Assembly: GCA_034433695.1 (NCBI GenBank)
Contig: DAOUAK010000160.1
Coordinates: 1 to 63,929, forward strand
Reading direction: 5' to 3'
DNA length: 63,929 nucleotides
From: Chloroflexia bacterium
GTDB lineage: Bacteria; Chloroflexota; Chloroflexia; DTKN01
Positions 16,940 to 27,420 of the stretch are shown here, in pieces (within the stretch, counting starts at the first letter, position 1; each line of letters opens with the position of its first letter). Position numbers and translations under genes: made by a program. The notes beneath the pieces were generated by a model. The model saw only the letters and a program-made list of their open reading frames with translations. It searched no databases and had not been told where the DNA came from.

Positions 16940-18415
16940 CTACCGCTCCAGTCGCCACCGTGTTCCCTCCGGGCCGTCCTCCAGAATCACCCCGAACTGG
17001 GCCAGCCGGGCCCGGATGGCATCGGCCCGCGCCCAGTCCTTCTGCGCCCGATACTCGGCCCGCAGTTCGATGAGGAGACGCAGGAGGTCTTCCGTCAGGC
17101 CGGCCATCTCTTCCCGGCCCAGTTCGTCGGGGATGAGACCGAGCACCGTGTTCCCGAGTTCGCGGTAGAAGGCGTCATAGGCCAGCAGGGTCCCCCGGCT
17201 CACCTCTCCGGCCTCGACTCGGGCATTGCTCTCGCGGACGACGTCAAAGAGGACGGAGATCGCCACGGGGGTGTTGAAGTCGTCGTCCATTGCGGAGAGG
17301 AAACGGGATTTGTAGGCGGCCAGTTGTTCCTCCACCTCGGGGGCGGCCGGCCCTTCGGGGGCGGTAGGAAGGCGCGACCGCACCCGGCGCACGGCCTCGT
17401 GCAGCCGGCCCAACCCCCGTTCGGCGGCCTGTAGCCCGGCGTCGGAAAAGTCCAGTGGGCTGCGGTAGTGGCTGGAGAGGACAAAGAGGCGGATGGCCAG
17501 GGGAGAATAGGCCCGCGAAAGGCGGGGATGCTCTCCCCGCAGGGCCTCCTTGATGGTGATATAGTTCCCCATCGACTTCCCCATGCGCGCCCCGTCCACC
17601 GTAACCATGTTATTATGCATCCAGTACCGCACAAACGGCTTTCCGGTGGCCGCCTCCGACTGGGCAATCTCGCTTTCGTGGTGAGGAAAGATGTTATCCA
17701 GGCCGCCTCCATGGATGTCCAGCGTCTCGCCCAGGTACTTCATGGACATCGCCGAGCACTCCAGGTGCCAGCCGGGGAAACCCCAACCCCAGGGGCTTGG
17801 CCAGCGCAGGATATGGCCGGGCTCGGCTCGTTTCCAGAGGGCAAAGTCGGCCGGATGGCGCTTATCGGGATTCGGCTCGATCCGCACGGCCTCCTGGAGT
17901 TCCTCGATCCGCCGGCCGGAGAGTTTCCCATAGTCGGGAAAGGTCTCTACCGAGAAGTAGACCGAGCCGTTTACTTCGTAAGCATGGCCCCTCTCCAGGA
18001 GGACCTTGCAGAGTTCGATCTGCTCGGGGATGTGGCCGGAGGCACGGGGGGAGATGTCCGGCCGGGTCACCCGCAGGGCATCCATATCCTCAAAGTAACT
18101 GCGGGTATACATTTCGGCAATCTCCATCGGCTCCAGGCGCAGGAGGGCGGCTTTGCGCAGAATCTTGTCCTCACCTGCGTCGGCGTTGTCCGTCAGGTGG
18201 CCGACATCGGTGATATTCTGGACATAGCGGACGTGGTAGCCCAGATAACGCAGGTAGCGCAGGACGACGTCGAAGGAGACATAACTTTTTGCATGGCCCA
18301 GGTGAGCGTGGTCGTAGACGGTGGGGCCGCAGACGTACATCCCCACCCGGCCCTCATGCAGAGGGACGAAGGCTTCTTTTTGCCGGGTCAGGTCGTTATA
18401 GATATACAGGGCCAT
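16940..18415 (-). CDS. cysS: cysteine--tRNA ligase
   Basis: [19 protein letters not shown] (HIGH), [27 protein letters not shown] (KMSKS-type), CysRS-like throughout. Confidence 0.95.
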   Translation of the reverse strand: MALYIYNDLTRQKEAFVPLHEGRVGMYVCGPTVYDHAHLGHAKSYVSFDVVLRYLRYLGYHVRYVQNITDVGHLTDNADAGEDKILRKAALLRLEPMEIAEMYTRSYFEDMDALRVTRPDISPRASGHIPEQIELCKVLLERGHAYEVNGSVYFSVETFPDYGKLSGRRIEELQEAVRIEPNPDKRHPADFALWKRAEPGHILRWPSPWGWGFPGWHLECSAMSMKYLGETLDIHGGGLDNIFPHHESEIAQSEAATGKPFVRYWMHNNMVTVDGARMGKSMGNYITIKEALRGEHPRLSRAYSPLAIRLFVLSSHYRSPLDFSDAGLQAAERGLGRLHEAVRRVRSRLPTAPEGPAAPEVEEQLAAYKSRFLSAMDDDFNTPVAISVLFDVVRESNARVEAGEVSRGTLLAYDAFYRELGNTVLGLIPDELGREEMAGLTEDLLRLLIELRAEYRAQKDWARADAIRARLAQFGVILEDGPEGTRWRLER

Positions 18416-18465
18416 CGCAACCTCCTCATTTCGGGAAAGGTTCAGGAGAGCAGATACACTCGAGA

Positions 18466-18505
18466 AAACCGAAAAGGGGACATCAGGCTAAGCCCGATGT
18501 CCCCC
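18466..18505 (-). terminator. rho-independent terminator after the zinc-ribbon gene
   Basis: The minus strand reads GGGGACATC-loop-GATGTCCCC followed by TTTTCGGTTTT. Confidence 0.6.
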
Positions 18506-18566
18506 TGGACACAGGCAGGTCGAGAGAGGAAAAGAGTGAATCCCCAAGGACACGAGGGCGGCGTAA

Positions 18567-18839
18567 TTAGGCCATGCCCTTCTTGACCTCTGACTCGCGT
18601 TCCTTTTCTTTTCCGGCCTTGTCACCTTCCGAGTCTCCGTTGGAACCGTTGCCGGGCGAACTTTTACGGTGATCGGTGCAGTACCAGCCCGAACCTTTGA
18701 ACACGATTGCCGGGGGGAAAAGGAGGCGCGAAAGGTTCCCCCCGCAATGCGGGCAAAGCGTCAGCGGGTCGTCGCTGAAGCGCTGGACGACCTCGATCGT
18801 CTTCTGGCAATCCCGGCAGCGATAGACGTAGGTTGGCAT
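18567..18839 (-). CDS. FmdB-family zinc-ribbon protein
   Basis: MPTYVYRCRDCQ...CPHCGG (CxxC...CxxC) and an acidic/Ser-Gly tail. ATG at 18839. Confidence 0.75.
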   Translation of the reverse strand: MPTYVYRCRDCQKTIEVVQRFSDDPLTLCPHCGGNLSRLLFPPAIVFKGSGWYCTDHRKSSPGNGSNGDSEGDKAGKEKERESEVKKGMA

Positions 18840-18930
18840 TTCCAAACCTCCGCACACGCTGTACGAATGCCATCACCACTGCGCCCTGTCCATACCAGGC
18901 GCGATCGATCATACCCCGACAAGGCTTATT

Positions 18931-18959
18931 ATTATACACCCTAACCGTCGTTTTGGCAA
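18931..18959 (-). promoter_or_regulatory. sigma70-type promoter (TTGCCA-17-TATAAT, minus strand) for the zinc-ribbon gene
   Basis: Reverse complement of 18954-18959 is TTGCCA, then a 17-nt spacer, then TATAAT at 18936-18931. Confidence 0.45.
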
Positions 18960-18986
18960 CATTGTGCCAAATTTCACCAGGCGCCC

Positions 18987-19322
18987 TCAGGCCAGCGGAT
19001 CCCATTTCCCTTCGGTGGAAGCCCGTAGCCATTCCAGGAAGGCCGGGGACGATTCTCCCACCTCCAGGGCCTGGACCTCCGGCACTTCGTAAGGGTGCAG
19101 GTCGTAGATTCGCTGGAGCAACCGGGAGAAAAGGTTACGCCGGGTTTTTATAAGGAGGAGCAGTTCAGGGTCGTCACAGATGCGATCCCGCCAGCGGTAG
19201 ATCGAGCGAACGCCGGGGACGATCGAGATGCAGGCAGCCAGGTGCTCCTCTACCAGTGTCTGAGCAATGCGCTGGGCATGTTCCTCACTCGGTACGGTAC
19301 ATAGAACCAGAGCGGCTTCCAT
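18987..19322 (-). CDS. cutA: divalent-cation tolerance protein CutA
   Basis: 111 aa. LAACISIVPGVRSIYRWRDRI...LLLIKT...HPYEVPEV is typical of CutA1. Confidence 0.85.
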   Translation of the reverse strand: MEAALVLCTVPSEEHAQRIAQTLVEEHLAACISIVPGVRSIYRWRDRICDDPELLLLIKTRRNLFSRLLQRIYDLHPYEVPEVQALEVGESSPAFLEWLRASTEGKWDPLA

Positions 19323-20187
19323 CGTTTTCCCCTTTCTCGGCGACGGCAGGTCTTACCGTCCGGGGATTTTTCCGGCCGGCCAGGCGAACCCGGACGATGT
19401 CGCCGATACGCAATCCCAACCGGGCCGCGGCGCTGTCTTCCCGCAGGGCGATCTCCAGCCGGCCATGGCTGCCGATCAGGGCCAGAGGACGGCCGGGCTG
19501 CCCCTCGGCGTAGGTACGCCCCAGTCCCCTCAGACGGAGGTCTTTGCAGAGAATCTCCAGCCTGCCCTGGCCGGACAGTTCCATGAGCAGGTCCGCCCCG
19601 ATATTGGTGCAACCGTTGCCAAAGCGATCGATGTGCACGATCTGCCCGACAATGCTTCCGTCTCCTTCACGGAGCGGCCGGCGACCTTCCAGGAGAAGGA
19701 GGCTTTCCCTCGGCCGGCCGAGGGAATCCAGCGGCAGGCCGGCCGCCAGGTGGGCCGCTACCGGAGCGAAGATGTCCCGTCCGTGGAAGGTGGAACTCAC
19801 CGGAGAACGCCAGTACCGTGGCTCGGTCAGTTCGACCAGACGGCTGGCTGCTCGTTCCTCGGCGCTCAGGTTTTCCCAGACGCAGGAAAGCAGCCCGTTA
19901 TCCGGGGCGACGAAAAAGGCCTGGGGGGTTTCCAGGGCGATAGCCCTCCGCTCTGTGCCGACTCCGGGATCCACCACGGCCAGGTGCACCGTGCCGGGAG
20001 GGAAGTAGGGGTAAGCCTCCGCCAGGAGGAAGGCACCCTGCAGGATGGCCTGGGGAAGAACCTGGTGGGTCAGGTCCACGATCCGGGCCTGGGGGTAGAT
20101 GCTCCAGATGACGCCTTTGAGGATGCCGACGTAGGGATCGGCCAGCCCAAAGTCCGTCGTGAGGGTGACGATGCCCGATCGTTCCAT
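19285..20187 (-). CDS. SAM hydrolase / SAM-dependent halogenase family protein (DUF62)
   Basis: ATG at 20187. IVTLTTDFGLADPYVGILKGVI, LAVVDPGVGTERR and STFHGRDIFAPVAAHLA are hallmark DUF62 motifs. Its 3' end overlaps the cutA start by 38 nt. Confidence 0.85.
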   Translation of the reverse strand: MERSGIVTLTTDFGLADPYVGILKGVIWSIYPQARIVDLTHQVLPQAILQGAFLLAEAYPYFPPGTVHLAVVDPGVGTERRAIALETPQAFFVAPDNGLLSCVWENLSAEERAASRLVELTEPRYWRSPVSSTFHGRDIFAPVAAHLAAGLPLDSLGRPRESLLLLEGRRPLREGDGSIVGQIVHIDRFGNGCTNIGADLLMELSGQGRLEILCKDLRLRGLGRTYAEGQPGRPLALIGSHGRLEIALREDSAAARLGLRIGDIVRVRLAGRKNPRTVRPAVAEKGENDGSRSGSMYRTE

Positions 20188-20269
20188 CGCCCACCTCCGC
20201 AAGTCCGGCTACCGGGATTTATTGTAGGCACTTTCGGCGGAATTGTCAAGAAGTGCTGTTCCGGCAAAT

Positions 20270-20298
20270 TTGACAAATCGCCCCGGTTGTGGTAAAAT
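20270..20298 (+). promoter_or_regulatory. consensus promoter for tRNA-Gly (TTGACA-17-TGgTAAAAT)
   Basis: TTGACA at 20270-20275, 17-nt spacer, TGg + TAAAAT at 20290-20298. The tRNA begins 10 nt downstream. Confidence 0.6.
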
Positions 20299-20307
20299 AA
20301 GAACTGT

Positions 20308-20380
20308 GCGGGAGTAACTCAGTTGGTAGAGTTCCTGCTTCCCAAGCAGGCTGTCGCGGGTTCGAGTCCCGTCTCCCGCT
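20308..20380 (+). tRNA. tRNA-Gly (anticodon CCC)
   Basis: Cloverleaf folded by hand: acceptor GCGGGAG/CTCCCGC, D arm ACTC-AGTTGGTA-GAGT, anticodon stem CCTGC/GCAGG with loop TTCCCAA, T arm GCGGG-TTCGAGT-CCCGT. No encoded CCA. Confidence 0.95.
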
Positions 20381-20384
20381 TTTA

Positions 20385-20429
20385 TACAAGCGCCGGCACT
20401 CGGGCTGGGCGAGATGGCCGGCGCTTGTA
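20385..20429 (+). terminator. perfect 13-bp stem-loop directly after tRNA-Gly (possible terminator or processing signal)
   Basis: TACAAGCGCCGGC - 19-nt loop - GCCGGCGCTTGTA. Only a weak T-tract (AAATTT) follows. Confidence 0.3.
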
Positions 20430-20577
20430 AATTTGAGCCGGGATTTCAGGGGGTGTCGCAGATTTCGGTAGCCCAATGGCCGCCTCATCTATCTTCAGGC
20501 GCAGATTAGGCAGACGGAATGCAAAAGGCAGACCGTATTATCTGCCCTTACGGATTGCCCGGCCTGGATGGGCCGCG

Positions 20578-20937
20578 TCATTCGGAGAGACGCCCGGCCG
20601 GATGCCTTCCCGGCCGCAGACAAGGGGTCCACCGGTGCGCCCCAGATCGGCCTGGCTCTCGTCGCGATCCGGCGGATGTTATAGCGAGTGCAGACCTCGT
20701 GCACCGAGGCAGATAGCCGGCCGCGGGGAGGAGACCGCTGCCCTCGCCCCGGGTCGGCTCGACCAGGAGGGTGGCGGTGTCTGGGGTGATCGCTGTCTCC
20801 GGGGTAGCGGCATCCCTGTAAAGGGTGATCCGAAAGCCCGGTATGGAGGGGACAAGCCCTTCGCAGTACCGCGGCCCGCCGGACAAACTCCCGATCGTCG
20901 CGGTGCGGCCGGGAGAGCGCCCCACGCAAGCGATCAT
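20578..20937 (-). CDS. hypothetical protein or gene remnant (unassigned)
   Basis: In 20761-20820, 16 of 20 third positions are G/C in this minus frame versus 11 of 20 in each of the other two phases. No recognisable motifs. The Arg/Pro/Gly-rich C-terminus suggests decay. Start uncertain. Confidence 0.25.
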   Translation of the reverse strand: MIACVGRSPGRTATIGSLSGGPRYCEGLVPSIPGFRITLYRDAATPETAITPDTATLLVEPTRGEGSGLLPAAGYLPRCTRSALAITSAGSRREPGRSGAHRWTPCLRPGRHPAGRLSE

Positions 20938-21056
20938 CCCGGTCCGATTTCTCGGCACATCCTCGACGGTGTAGACATGTGCGGACCACCTTGCCCCCTG
21001 TTGCTCTTCGCTAGCATCATCTTGTAGCCGCTCGGTTCGCGAATTTCTTTCCCTTC

Positions 21057-21084
21057 TTGCAGTAAATCCGGCCTGTGGTATCAT
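21057..21084 (+). promoter_or_regulatory. candidate promoter for phoB-phoR (TTGCAG-16-TGgTATCAT)
   Basis: TTGCAG at 21057-21062, 16-nt spacer, TGg + TATCAT at 21076-21084. It lies 25 nt upstream of ATG 21110. Confidence 0.35.
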
Positions 21085-21109
21085 AGGCTTGTGCTGTAGG
21101 AGGGCAAGG

Positions 21110-21817
21110 ATGTCGAACAAGGTGTTGGTGGTCGAAGATGACATGGCTTTGCTGGATGCGCTGGAATACAGCCTGGCCCGGAGGGGCTATAGGGTCTATA
21201 CCGCTGTAGATGGTCCTTCTGCGCTGGAAGTCGCACGCCGAGAGTCGCCGGACGTGATCATCCTAGACATTATGTTGCCGGGCATAGACGGCTTTGAGGT
21301 TTGTCGTATCCTGCGCCGGGAATCGAATGTGCCCATTCTCATGTTGACCGCCCGCGGTGAGGAGATCGATCGGGTAGTGGGGCTCGAGGTCGGAGCAGAT
21401 GATTACCTTACCAAGCCGTTCAGCATGCCGGAACTTCTGGCCCGTGTGAAAGCCTTGCTACGCCGGGTACGCCTGATCCGGGAGGAACTGGCTGCCCAGG
21501 ACCAGGGTGTCGGTCGGGGCGAACTCACCTCCGGAGACCTGACGATCGACCTCGCCCGCCGGGAAGTACGGCGCTCAGGAATCCCCCTTCGGCTCAAGCC
21601 TAAGGAGTACGACCTGCTGCTCTTTTTGGTGCGCAACCAGGGAATTGCCCTTTCGCGCGATCTGATCCTGGAGCGGGTGTGGGGTTGGGATTACACGGGC
21701 GGTAGCCGCACTGTGGATGTGCACGTGCGTTGGCTGCGGGAAAAGATCGAGCCAGATCCTGGCCAACCTGCACGCATCGTCTCTGTGCGCGGGGTAGGCT
21801 ATCGGTTCGAGGGATAG
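21110..21817 (+). CDS. phoB: OmpR/PhoB-family response regulator
   Basis: ATG at 21110 with GGAGGG upstream. [32 protein letters not shown], and a winged-helix C-terminus ([13 protein letters not shown]...VRGVGYRF). Confidence 0.9.
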   Translation: MSNKVLVVEDDMALLDALEYSLARRGYRVYTAVDGPSALEVARRESPDVIILDIMLPGIDGFEVCRILRRESNVPILMLTARGEEIDRVVGLEVGADDYLTKPFSMPELLARVKALLRRVRLIREELAAQDQGVGRGELTSGDLTIDLARREVRRSGIPLRLKPKEYDLLLFLVRNQGIALSRDLILERVWGWDYTGGSRTVDVHVRWLREKIEPDPGQPARIVSVRGVGYRFEG

Positions 21818-21818
21818 C

Positions 21819-23600
21819 ATGTTCCGGAGCATCCACTGGCGCATCACGATATCCTATACTGTCCTCATCCTGGCCGCCATGGCCGGCCTGGCTGTGTACC
21901 TCTCCAACCTGGTACGAGATGCGCATCTGGCAGACTTGGAAGCCCAGTTGACGGCGGAAGCCCGGCTCCTCGCGGATGCACTGGCTCCCTCGCTCGCCAC
22001 GGACGCACCGGACGGGAAAGCGAATGACTTTGCCCAACGCTATGCCGGCCTGCTCGACGTAAGGGTTACCATCATCGGGCCGGATGGGGCGGTCCTGGGG
22101 GAATCGCACGAGGACCGTGCGCGGATGGACAACCATCTCCACCGGCCAGAGGTGCAGCAGGCCCTGGCCGAGGGCAAAGGCCGGAGCATCCGCTTCAGCC
22201 ACACATTACAGTACGAGATGATGTACGTAGCCGTCCCCGCAACGCAGGAGGGCCAACTGCTCGGCTTCGTTCGGGCGGCCCTTCCCCTGCATCAGGTGGA
22301 AAGCCACGTCGCACGGATGCGCCGTGCCGTTTTGCTGGTTGCCTTGCTCGCTGCCGTGGGGGCCGCCGGTCTCGCCTTCTTCATTGCCGAACGCACAGCC
22401 CGACCGATTCGCAGGCTAACCCAGGCCGCCCAGCGCATGGCAGCGGGCGACCTGGGCATACGGCTGTGGCCATCTACCCGCGACGAAGTGGGCACCCTGA
22501 CCCAGGCATTCAACCAGATGGCCGAACACCTGCACGACACCCTCGCTACGCTCAAGCAGGAACAGGCCCGGCTACAGGCGGTGCTGGAAAACATGGCGGA
22601 CGGAGTGTTGATCACCGATGGCGAGGGGTGTGTACAGCTCATCAACCCTGCGGCGGCGCGTCTCCTCGGAGTCGGCAACGAAGCCAGGGGCCGCTCTTTC
22701 GTCCAGGTCTCGCAGGATCACCGCCTGGTGGACCTGTGGCAACGCTGTCGCCGAGAAAGACAGGAACAAGCGGAACTGGTCGAGATGGGATATCGGGGAT
22801 ACTACTTGCAGGTAATCGTTACCCCGCTTCATGGTGCCGGGGAGAGGACATGCCTGGTGATCCTGCAAGATCTCACCCATATCCGACACCTCGAAACCAT
22901 GCGGAGGGATTTCGTCAGCAACGTCTCTCACGAGTTGCGCACGCCCCTAGCCTCTCTGAAGGCCCTCGTGGATACGCTTCGCGACGGGGCGCTCGGCGAT
23001 CCGGCCGTTGCCCGGAGATTTCTGGATCACGTCGAGAACGAAGTAGATGCCATGAGCCAGATGGTCCAGGAACTGCTGGAACTGTCGCGTATCGAATCGG
23101 GGCAGGTACCCTTTCGCCTGGAACCGGTTTCTGTCGCCGATGTGATACGCCCGGCTGTGGAGCGCCTTCGCCCACAGGCGGAGAGAGCGAGGCTGGAACT
23201 CGAAACGAACCTTGCAGCCGATCTTCCCCCGATCCTGGCGGACCGGGAGCGTATCGAGCAGGTCATCACCAACCTGGTCCATAACGCGATCAAGTTTACT
23301 CCCCCTGGAGGACAAGTTGTCCTCTCCGCAGCGCGACGCGGGGAGGAAATGGTAATCTCTGTTGCGGATACCGGCGTTGGCATCTCGCCCGAGGATCTGC
23401 CGCGGATCTTTGAGCGTTTCTACAAAGCTGACCGTGCCCGCCGAAGTGGGGGTACCGGCCTGGGACTGGCCATCGCGAAGCACATCGTACAGGGACACGG
23501 CGGACGTATCTGGGTGGAGAGCCGGGAAGGGAAAGGGAGTACCTTCTACTTCACCTTGCCGCTGGCAAGTCCGGACGCCCTAGAGTCGTCGCAACGTTAA
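21819..23600 (+). CDS. phoR: PhoR-like sensor histidine kinase (TM-sensor-HAMP-PAS-HisKA-HATPase)
   Basis: Starts 2 nt after the phoB stop. HAMP (RPIRRLTQAAQRMAAGDL), PAS (LENMADGVLITD), H-box VSHELRTPLASL, and NLVHNAIKFT, DTGVGI, GTGLGLAIAK. Confidence 0.85.
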   Translation: MFRSIHWRITISYTVLILAAMAGLAVYLSNLVRDAHLADLEAQLTAEARLLADALAPSLATDAPDGKANDFAQRYAGLLDVRVTIIGPDGAVLGESHEDRARMDNHLHRPEVQQALAEGKGRSIRFSHTLQYEMMYVAVPATQEGQLLGFVRAALPLHQVESHVARMRRAVLLVALLAAVGAAGLAFFIAERTARPIRRLTQAAQRMAAGDLGIRLWPSTRDEVGTLTQAFNQMAEHLHDTLATLKQEQARLQAVLENMADGVLITDGEGCVQLINPAAARLLGVGNEARGRSFVQVSQDHRLVDLWQRCRRERQEQAELVEMGYRGYYLQVIVTPLHGAGERTCLVILQDLTHIRHLETMRRDFVSNVSHELRTPLASLKALVDTLRDGALGDPAVARRFLDHVENEVDAMSQMVQELLELSRIESGQVPFRLEPVSVADVIRPAVERLRPQAERARLELETNLAADLPPILADRERIEQVITNLVHNAIKFTPPGGQVVLSAARRGEEMVISVADTGVGISPEDLPRIFERFYKADRARRSGGTGLGLAIAKHIVQGHGGRIWVESREGKGSTFYFTLPLASPDALESSQR

Positions 23601-23650
23601 GGCGTGCTTCCTCCTGGCACGCGCACGTCACCCGGCCATAGGAGATTACG

Positions 23651-23735
23651 TTGACACTTGTATACTACAGGTAACCAAACCCTAACAAACCATTAACCCT
23701 CCCTTGCAGTGCCCTTAACTTCCTCCTGTTATGAT
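23651..23735 (+). promoter_or_regulatory. Pho-box-like array (TAAC cores phased at 11 bp) plus -10 TATGAT upstream of pstS
   Basis: Hexamers TTGACA (23651), TATACT (23661), TAACCA (23672), TAACAA (23683), TAACCC (23694), TGCAGT (23705) and TAACTT (23716) are spaced 10-11 bp apart. The last box ends 9 nt before TATGAT (23730-23735). Confidence 0.5.
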
Positions 23736-23773
23736 GCAGACGTAGACCGTCAAAAACTAAGGAGGTGAAAGCT

Positions 23774-24781
23774 ATGTCTCAACGGCTACGTCTGCTCATG
23801 CTACTGATGGCCGTCCTGATGTTGCTGGGGGCCTGCACGCCCCTAGCGACTCCCGTTGGAACCGTAGAGGGCACCATCCTGGTGGATGGCTCCAGCACCG
23901 TGGCCCCCATCACGATGGCTGTCGCCGAAGAGTTCCAGAAACTCTACCCGGATGTGCGCGTTCCCGTGGGTATCTCCGGTACTGGCGGCGGCTTCAAGAA
24001 GTTCTGCCCCGGCGAAACCGATATCTCCGACGCCTCCCGCCCCATCAAGGCTTCCGAGATAGAACTGTGCCAGCAGAATGGGGTGGAGTTCATCGAACTC
24101 CCCGTGGCCTTTGACGGCCTGGCCGTCCTGGTCAACCCGCAGAACGACTTCGTGGACTGCCTGACGGTGGAGGAACTGAAGAAAATCTGGGCGCCGGAAG
24201 CGGAGGGCCGGATCACCAATTGGAGCCAGGTCCGCCCCGGATTCCCGGACCGTCCGCTCACCCTCTACGGCCCCGGGGTGGACTCCGGCACATACGATTA
24301 CTTCACCGAGGCCATTGTGGGGAAAGAGGGTGCCAGCCGGGGAGACTTTCTGCCCAGCGAGGACGACAACGTCCTGGTGCAGGGGGTTAGCGGTGACCCC
24401 AACGCGCTGGGGTTCTTCGGTCTGGCCTATTACGAAGAGAACAAAGACAAACTCAAGCTGGTCGCGATCGATGCGGGTCAGGGTTGCATCCTGCCCACTA
24501 TGGAAACGGTGAGCAAAGGCGTGTATCAGCCTCTCTCCCGCCCCCTCTTCATCTACGTCAACCGGGACCGGGCGGTCTCCAAAGACGAGATTGACTTCTT
24601 CGTGCGGTTCTATCTCCAGAACGCCAAGAAACTGGTACCCGATGTGGGCTACATCCCGCTGACCGACGAAATCTACGCCCTGGCCCTCCAGCGCTACGAG
24701 AAGCGCATCACCGGCTCCGTCTTCGAAGGAGGCTCCCAGGTCGGGGTCTCCCTGGCGGACCTGCTCAAGAAAGAGCAGTAA
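23774..24781 (+). CDS. pstS: phosphate ABC transporter substrate-binding lipoprotein PstS
   Basis: ATG at 23774 lies 8 nt after AAGGAGG. Lipobox [13 protein letters not shown] and [10 protein letters not shown] are typical of PstS. Confidence 0.9.
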   Translation: MSQRLRLLMLLMAVLMLLGACTPLATPVGTVEGTILVDGSSTVAPITMAVAEEFQKLYPDVRVPVGISGTGGGFKKFCPGETDISDASRPIKASEIELCQQNGVEFIELPVAFDGLAVLVNPQNDFVDCLTVEELKKIWAPEAEGRITNWSQVRPGFPDRPLTLYGPGVDSGTYDYFTEAIVGKEGASRGDFLPSEDDNVLVQGVSGDPNALGFFGLAYYEENKDKLKLVAIDAGQGCILPTMETVSKGVYQPLSRPLFIYVNRDRAVSKDEIDFFVRFYLQNAKKLVPDVGYIPLTDEIYALALQRYEKRITGSVFEGGSQVGVSLADLLKKEQ

Positions 24782-24847
24782 TCGGCGATGGGCGACCGGC
24801 GCGGTGCGCCCTGTGGGGTGTGCCGCGCCGGTCCTCTGGAGGTGTGG

Positions 24848-25759
24848 ATGCCATCCGGCGTGTTCCGTTCCGCAGTCCGCCGTCGGAAAACCGAGGAGTA
24901 TGTCGTCCGGGGGGTGATGTTCCTCTTTGCTCTTGTCTCGGTCGTTACCACCCTGGGCATCATCTACATCCTGCTGCAGGAGACCGTCTTCTTTTTCCGG
25001 GAAGTTTCCCCCGCCCGGTTCTTTCTGGACACCCGCTGGACGCCGCTCTTTGTCTCCCAGCGGTTCGGTATCTGGCCGCTGGTCAACGGGACGCTGCTGG
25101 TAGCCGCCGGTGCGATGCTGGTGGCGCTCCCACTGGGATTGCTGGCGGCGATCTATATGAGCGAGTACGCCGGCGAACGGATGCGCCGTATCCTGAAACC
25201 GTTTCTGGAGATCCTGGCCGGTATCCCGACCGTCGTCTACGGCTACTTTGCCCTCACCTTCATCACGCCGATCCTGCGCACCATCTTCCCGGAGACCCAG
25301 GTGTTCAACGCCGCCAGCGCGGCCATCGCGATAGGATTTATGGTCCTGCCGATGATCGCCTCCCTCTCCGAGGACGCCCTCTACGCGGTGCCCAACTCCC
25401 TGCGCGAGGCCGCCTATGCCCTGGGCGCCACCCGATGGGAAGTCGCCACGCAGGTTGTGCTACCGGCGGCCCTTTCGGGCATCGCCGCCGCCTTCATCCT
25501 GGCCGTCTCCCGCGCCGTCGGCGAGACGATGATTGTCGCCATCGCCGCCGGGCAACAGCCCCAACTGACCCTCAACCCCCTGGAGTCCATTGAGACGATG
25601 ACCGCCTACATCGTCCAGGTCAGCCTGGGTGATACCCCCCATCAGAGTCTCGCCTACAAGACCATCTTCGCCGTCGGTATGCTCCTCTTCCTGATGACCC
25701 TGGGGATGAACATCGCCAGTTACTACCTGACCCGGCGCTTCCGGGAGGTGTACGAATGA
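24848..25759 (+). CDS. pstC: phosphate ABC transporter permease PstC
   Basis: ATG at 24848 has GGAGG 5 nt upstream; the ORF-track start at 24788 lacks an RBS. Six TM segments with an EAA-type loop ([15 protein letters not shown]). Confidence 0.85.
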   Translation: MPSGVFRSAVRRRKTEEYVVRGVMFLFALVSVVTTLGIIYILLQETVFFFREVSPARFFLDTRWTPLFVSQRFGIWPLVNGTLLVAAGAMLVALPLGLLAAIYMSEYAGERMRRILKPFLEILAGIPTVVYGYFALTFITPILRTIFPETQVFNAASAAIAIGFMVLPMIASLSEDALYAVPNSLREAAYALGATRWEVATQVVLPAALSGIAAAFILAVSRAVGETMIVAIAAGQQPQLTLNPLESIETMTAYIVQVSLGDTPHQSLAYKTIFAVGMLLFLMTLGMNIASYYLTRRFREVYE

Positions 25760-26625
25760 GCGCTCCCATTTTTGAACCGAACCTGCCCTGTCGGAGAAGG
25801 GCCGGATGGGTTTGGAAAATCGTCGCGCTGACGGCTGTCCTGCTGGGGATTGCCATGCTGCTGACCCTGCTGATACGGGTGTTTGTGGACGGTCTGCCCT
25901 ACCTGCGGCCGGAACTGTTCACCAACTTCCCGTCCCGCTTCCCGGACAAGGCCGGATTGCGGTCGGCGCTCCAGGGCTCCATCTGGCTGATGGTGCTGAC
26001 AGCGCTTCTCTCCTTCCCGCTGGGCGTCGGGGCGGGGATTTATCTGGAAGAGTTCGCGCCCCAAAACCGGTTGACCCGTTTCATTGAGATTAACGTCGCC
26101 AATCTGGCCGGCGTGCCGTCCATTATCTACGGTCTGCTGGGGTTGGGGTTGTTTGTCCGCGGCCTGGAATTGGGGCGCAGTTTGCTGGCCGGCGTGCTGA
26201 CGATGACCCTGGTCATCCTGCCGGTCATCATCGTCTCCACGCGCGAGGCGTTGCGGGCCGTCCCGCCCTCTATTCGCGAGGCCGCGCTGGCCCTGGGGGG
26301 CAGCCGCTGGGAAATGGTGCGAGACCACGTCCTGGTCTACAGCATGGGTGGCATCCTGACGGGGATGATCCTGGCCCTCTCCCGCGCCATCGGCGAGACC
26401 GCCCCGCTCATCACCATCGGCGCGCTGACATACATCGCCTTTGACCTGCGCGGCCCGATGGATATGTTCACCGTCCTTCCCATCCAGATATTCAACTGGA
26501 TCTCCATGCCCCAGCCGGCGTTCCGCCAACTGGCCGCGGCAGGAATCATCGTTCTGCTGGCTGTGCTCCTTTCCATGAACGCGCTCGCCATCTGGCTGCG
26601 CAACCGACTACAGAAGCGGTGGTAA
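25756..26625 (+). CDS. pstA: phosphate ABC transporter permease PstA
   Basis: ATGA overlap with pstC. The loop [17 protein letters not shown] is typical of PstA. Confidence 0.9.
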   Translation: MSAPIFEPNLPCRRRAGWVWKIVALTAVLLGIAMLLTLLIRVFVDGLPYLRPELFTNFPSRFPDKAGLRSALQGSIWLMVLTALLSFPLGVGAGIYLEEFAPQNRLTRFIEINVANLAGVPSIIYGLLGLGLFVRGLELGRSLLAGVLTMTLVILPVIIVSTREALRAVPPSIREAALALGGSRWEMVRDHVLVYSMGGILTGMILALSRAIGETAPLITIGALTYIAFDLRGPMDMFTVLPIQIFNWISMPQPAFRQLAAAGIIVLLAVLLSMNALAIWLRNRLQKRW

Positions 26626-26628
26626 TCC

Positions 26629-27408
26629 ATGGAGCAAGCGCTGGAAATCCGAAACCTGCGCGTCTACTACGGCGATTTTCTGGCCATCCAAGATGTCTAT
26701 CTGACCATCCCGCGCCGCCAGATCACGGCCGTTATCGGCCCCTCCGGCGTGGGAAAGAGCACCCTCCTGCGGGCGATCAACCGGATGAACGAACTGGTTC
26801 CAACCTGCCGTACTGAGGGGGAGATCATTTTTGAGGGACGAAACATCTACGACCCGCGGGTGGACCCGGTGGAAATTCGGCGGCGGATCGGGATGGTCTT
26901 CCAGAAGCCCAACCCGTTCCCCAAGTCGATCTACGAAAATGTCGCCTGGGGGCTGCGCATCAACGGTTTCCGGGGGAACAAGGCGCAGATGGATGAGGCG
27001 GTGGAGCGGGCGCTGCGCGCGGCCACGCTATGGGACGAGGTCAAGGACAAACTCCACCAGAGCGGCCTTTCCCTGTCCGGAGGACAACAACAACGGCTAT
27101 GCATCGCGCGCGCCCTCGCCGTCGAGCCCGAGGTCATCCTTCTGGATGAGCCGGCTTCGGCGCTGGACCCGATCTCCACGTTCAGGATTGAGGAACTGAT
27201 GCGGGAACTCAAAAGTCGCTATACCCTAATCATCGTTACCCACAATATGCAGCAGGCAGCGCGTGTATCGGATTACACCGCGATGATGACGGTTGTGGAA
27301 GAGGGTTGCCGGGCCGGCACGATCATCGAGTTCGACCGGACGAAAGCGATCTTTACCAACCCGAAGAACCGACTGACCGAGGGTTACATCACAGGGCGAT
27401 ATGGGTAA
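26629..27408 (+). CDS. pstB: phosphate ABC transporter ATP-binding protein PstB
   Basis: Walker [10 protein letters not shown], signature [15 protein letters not shown], Walker B ILLDEP. Confidence 0.95.
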   Translation: MEQALEIRNLRVYYGDFLAIQDVYLTIPRRQITAVIGPSGVGKSTLLRAINRMNELVPTCRTEGEIIFEGRNIYDPRVDPVEIRRRIGMVFQKPNPFPKSIYENVAWGLRINGFRGNKAQMDEAVERALRAATLWDEVKDKLHQSGLSLSGGQQQRLCIARALAVEPEVILLDEPASALDPISTFRIEELMRELKSRYTLIIVTHNMQQAARVSDYTAMMTVVEEGCRAGTIIEFDRTKAIFTNPKNRLTEGYITGRYG

Positions 27409-27420
27409 GCACGGGAGGCA

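Noticed and set aside
19285-19322. 38-nt overlap between the end of the DUF62 gene and the start of cutA, as a possible frameshift or fusion.
   Set aside because: Both proteins are full length with family-typical termini in different frames. Short same-strand overlaps are common in this window, so there is no evidence of a disrupted gene.
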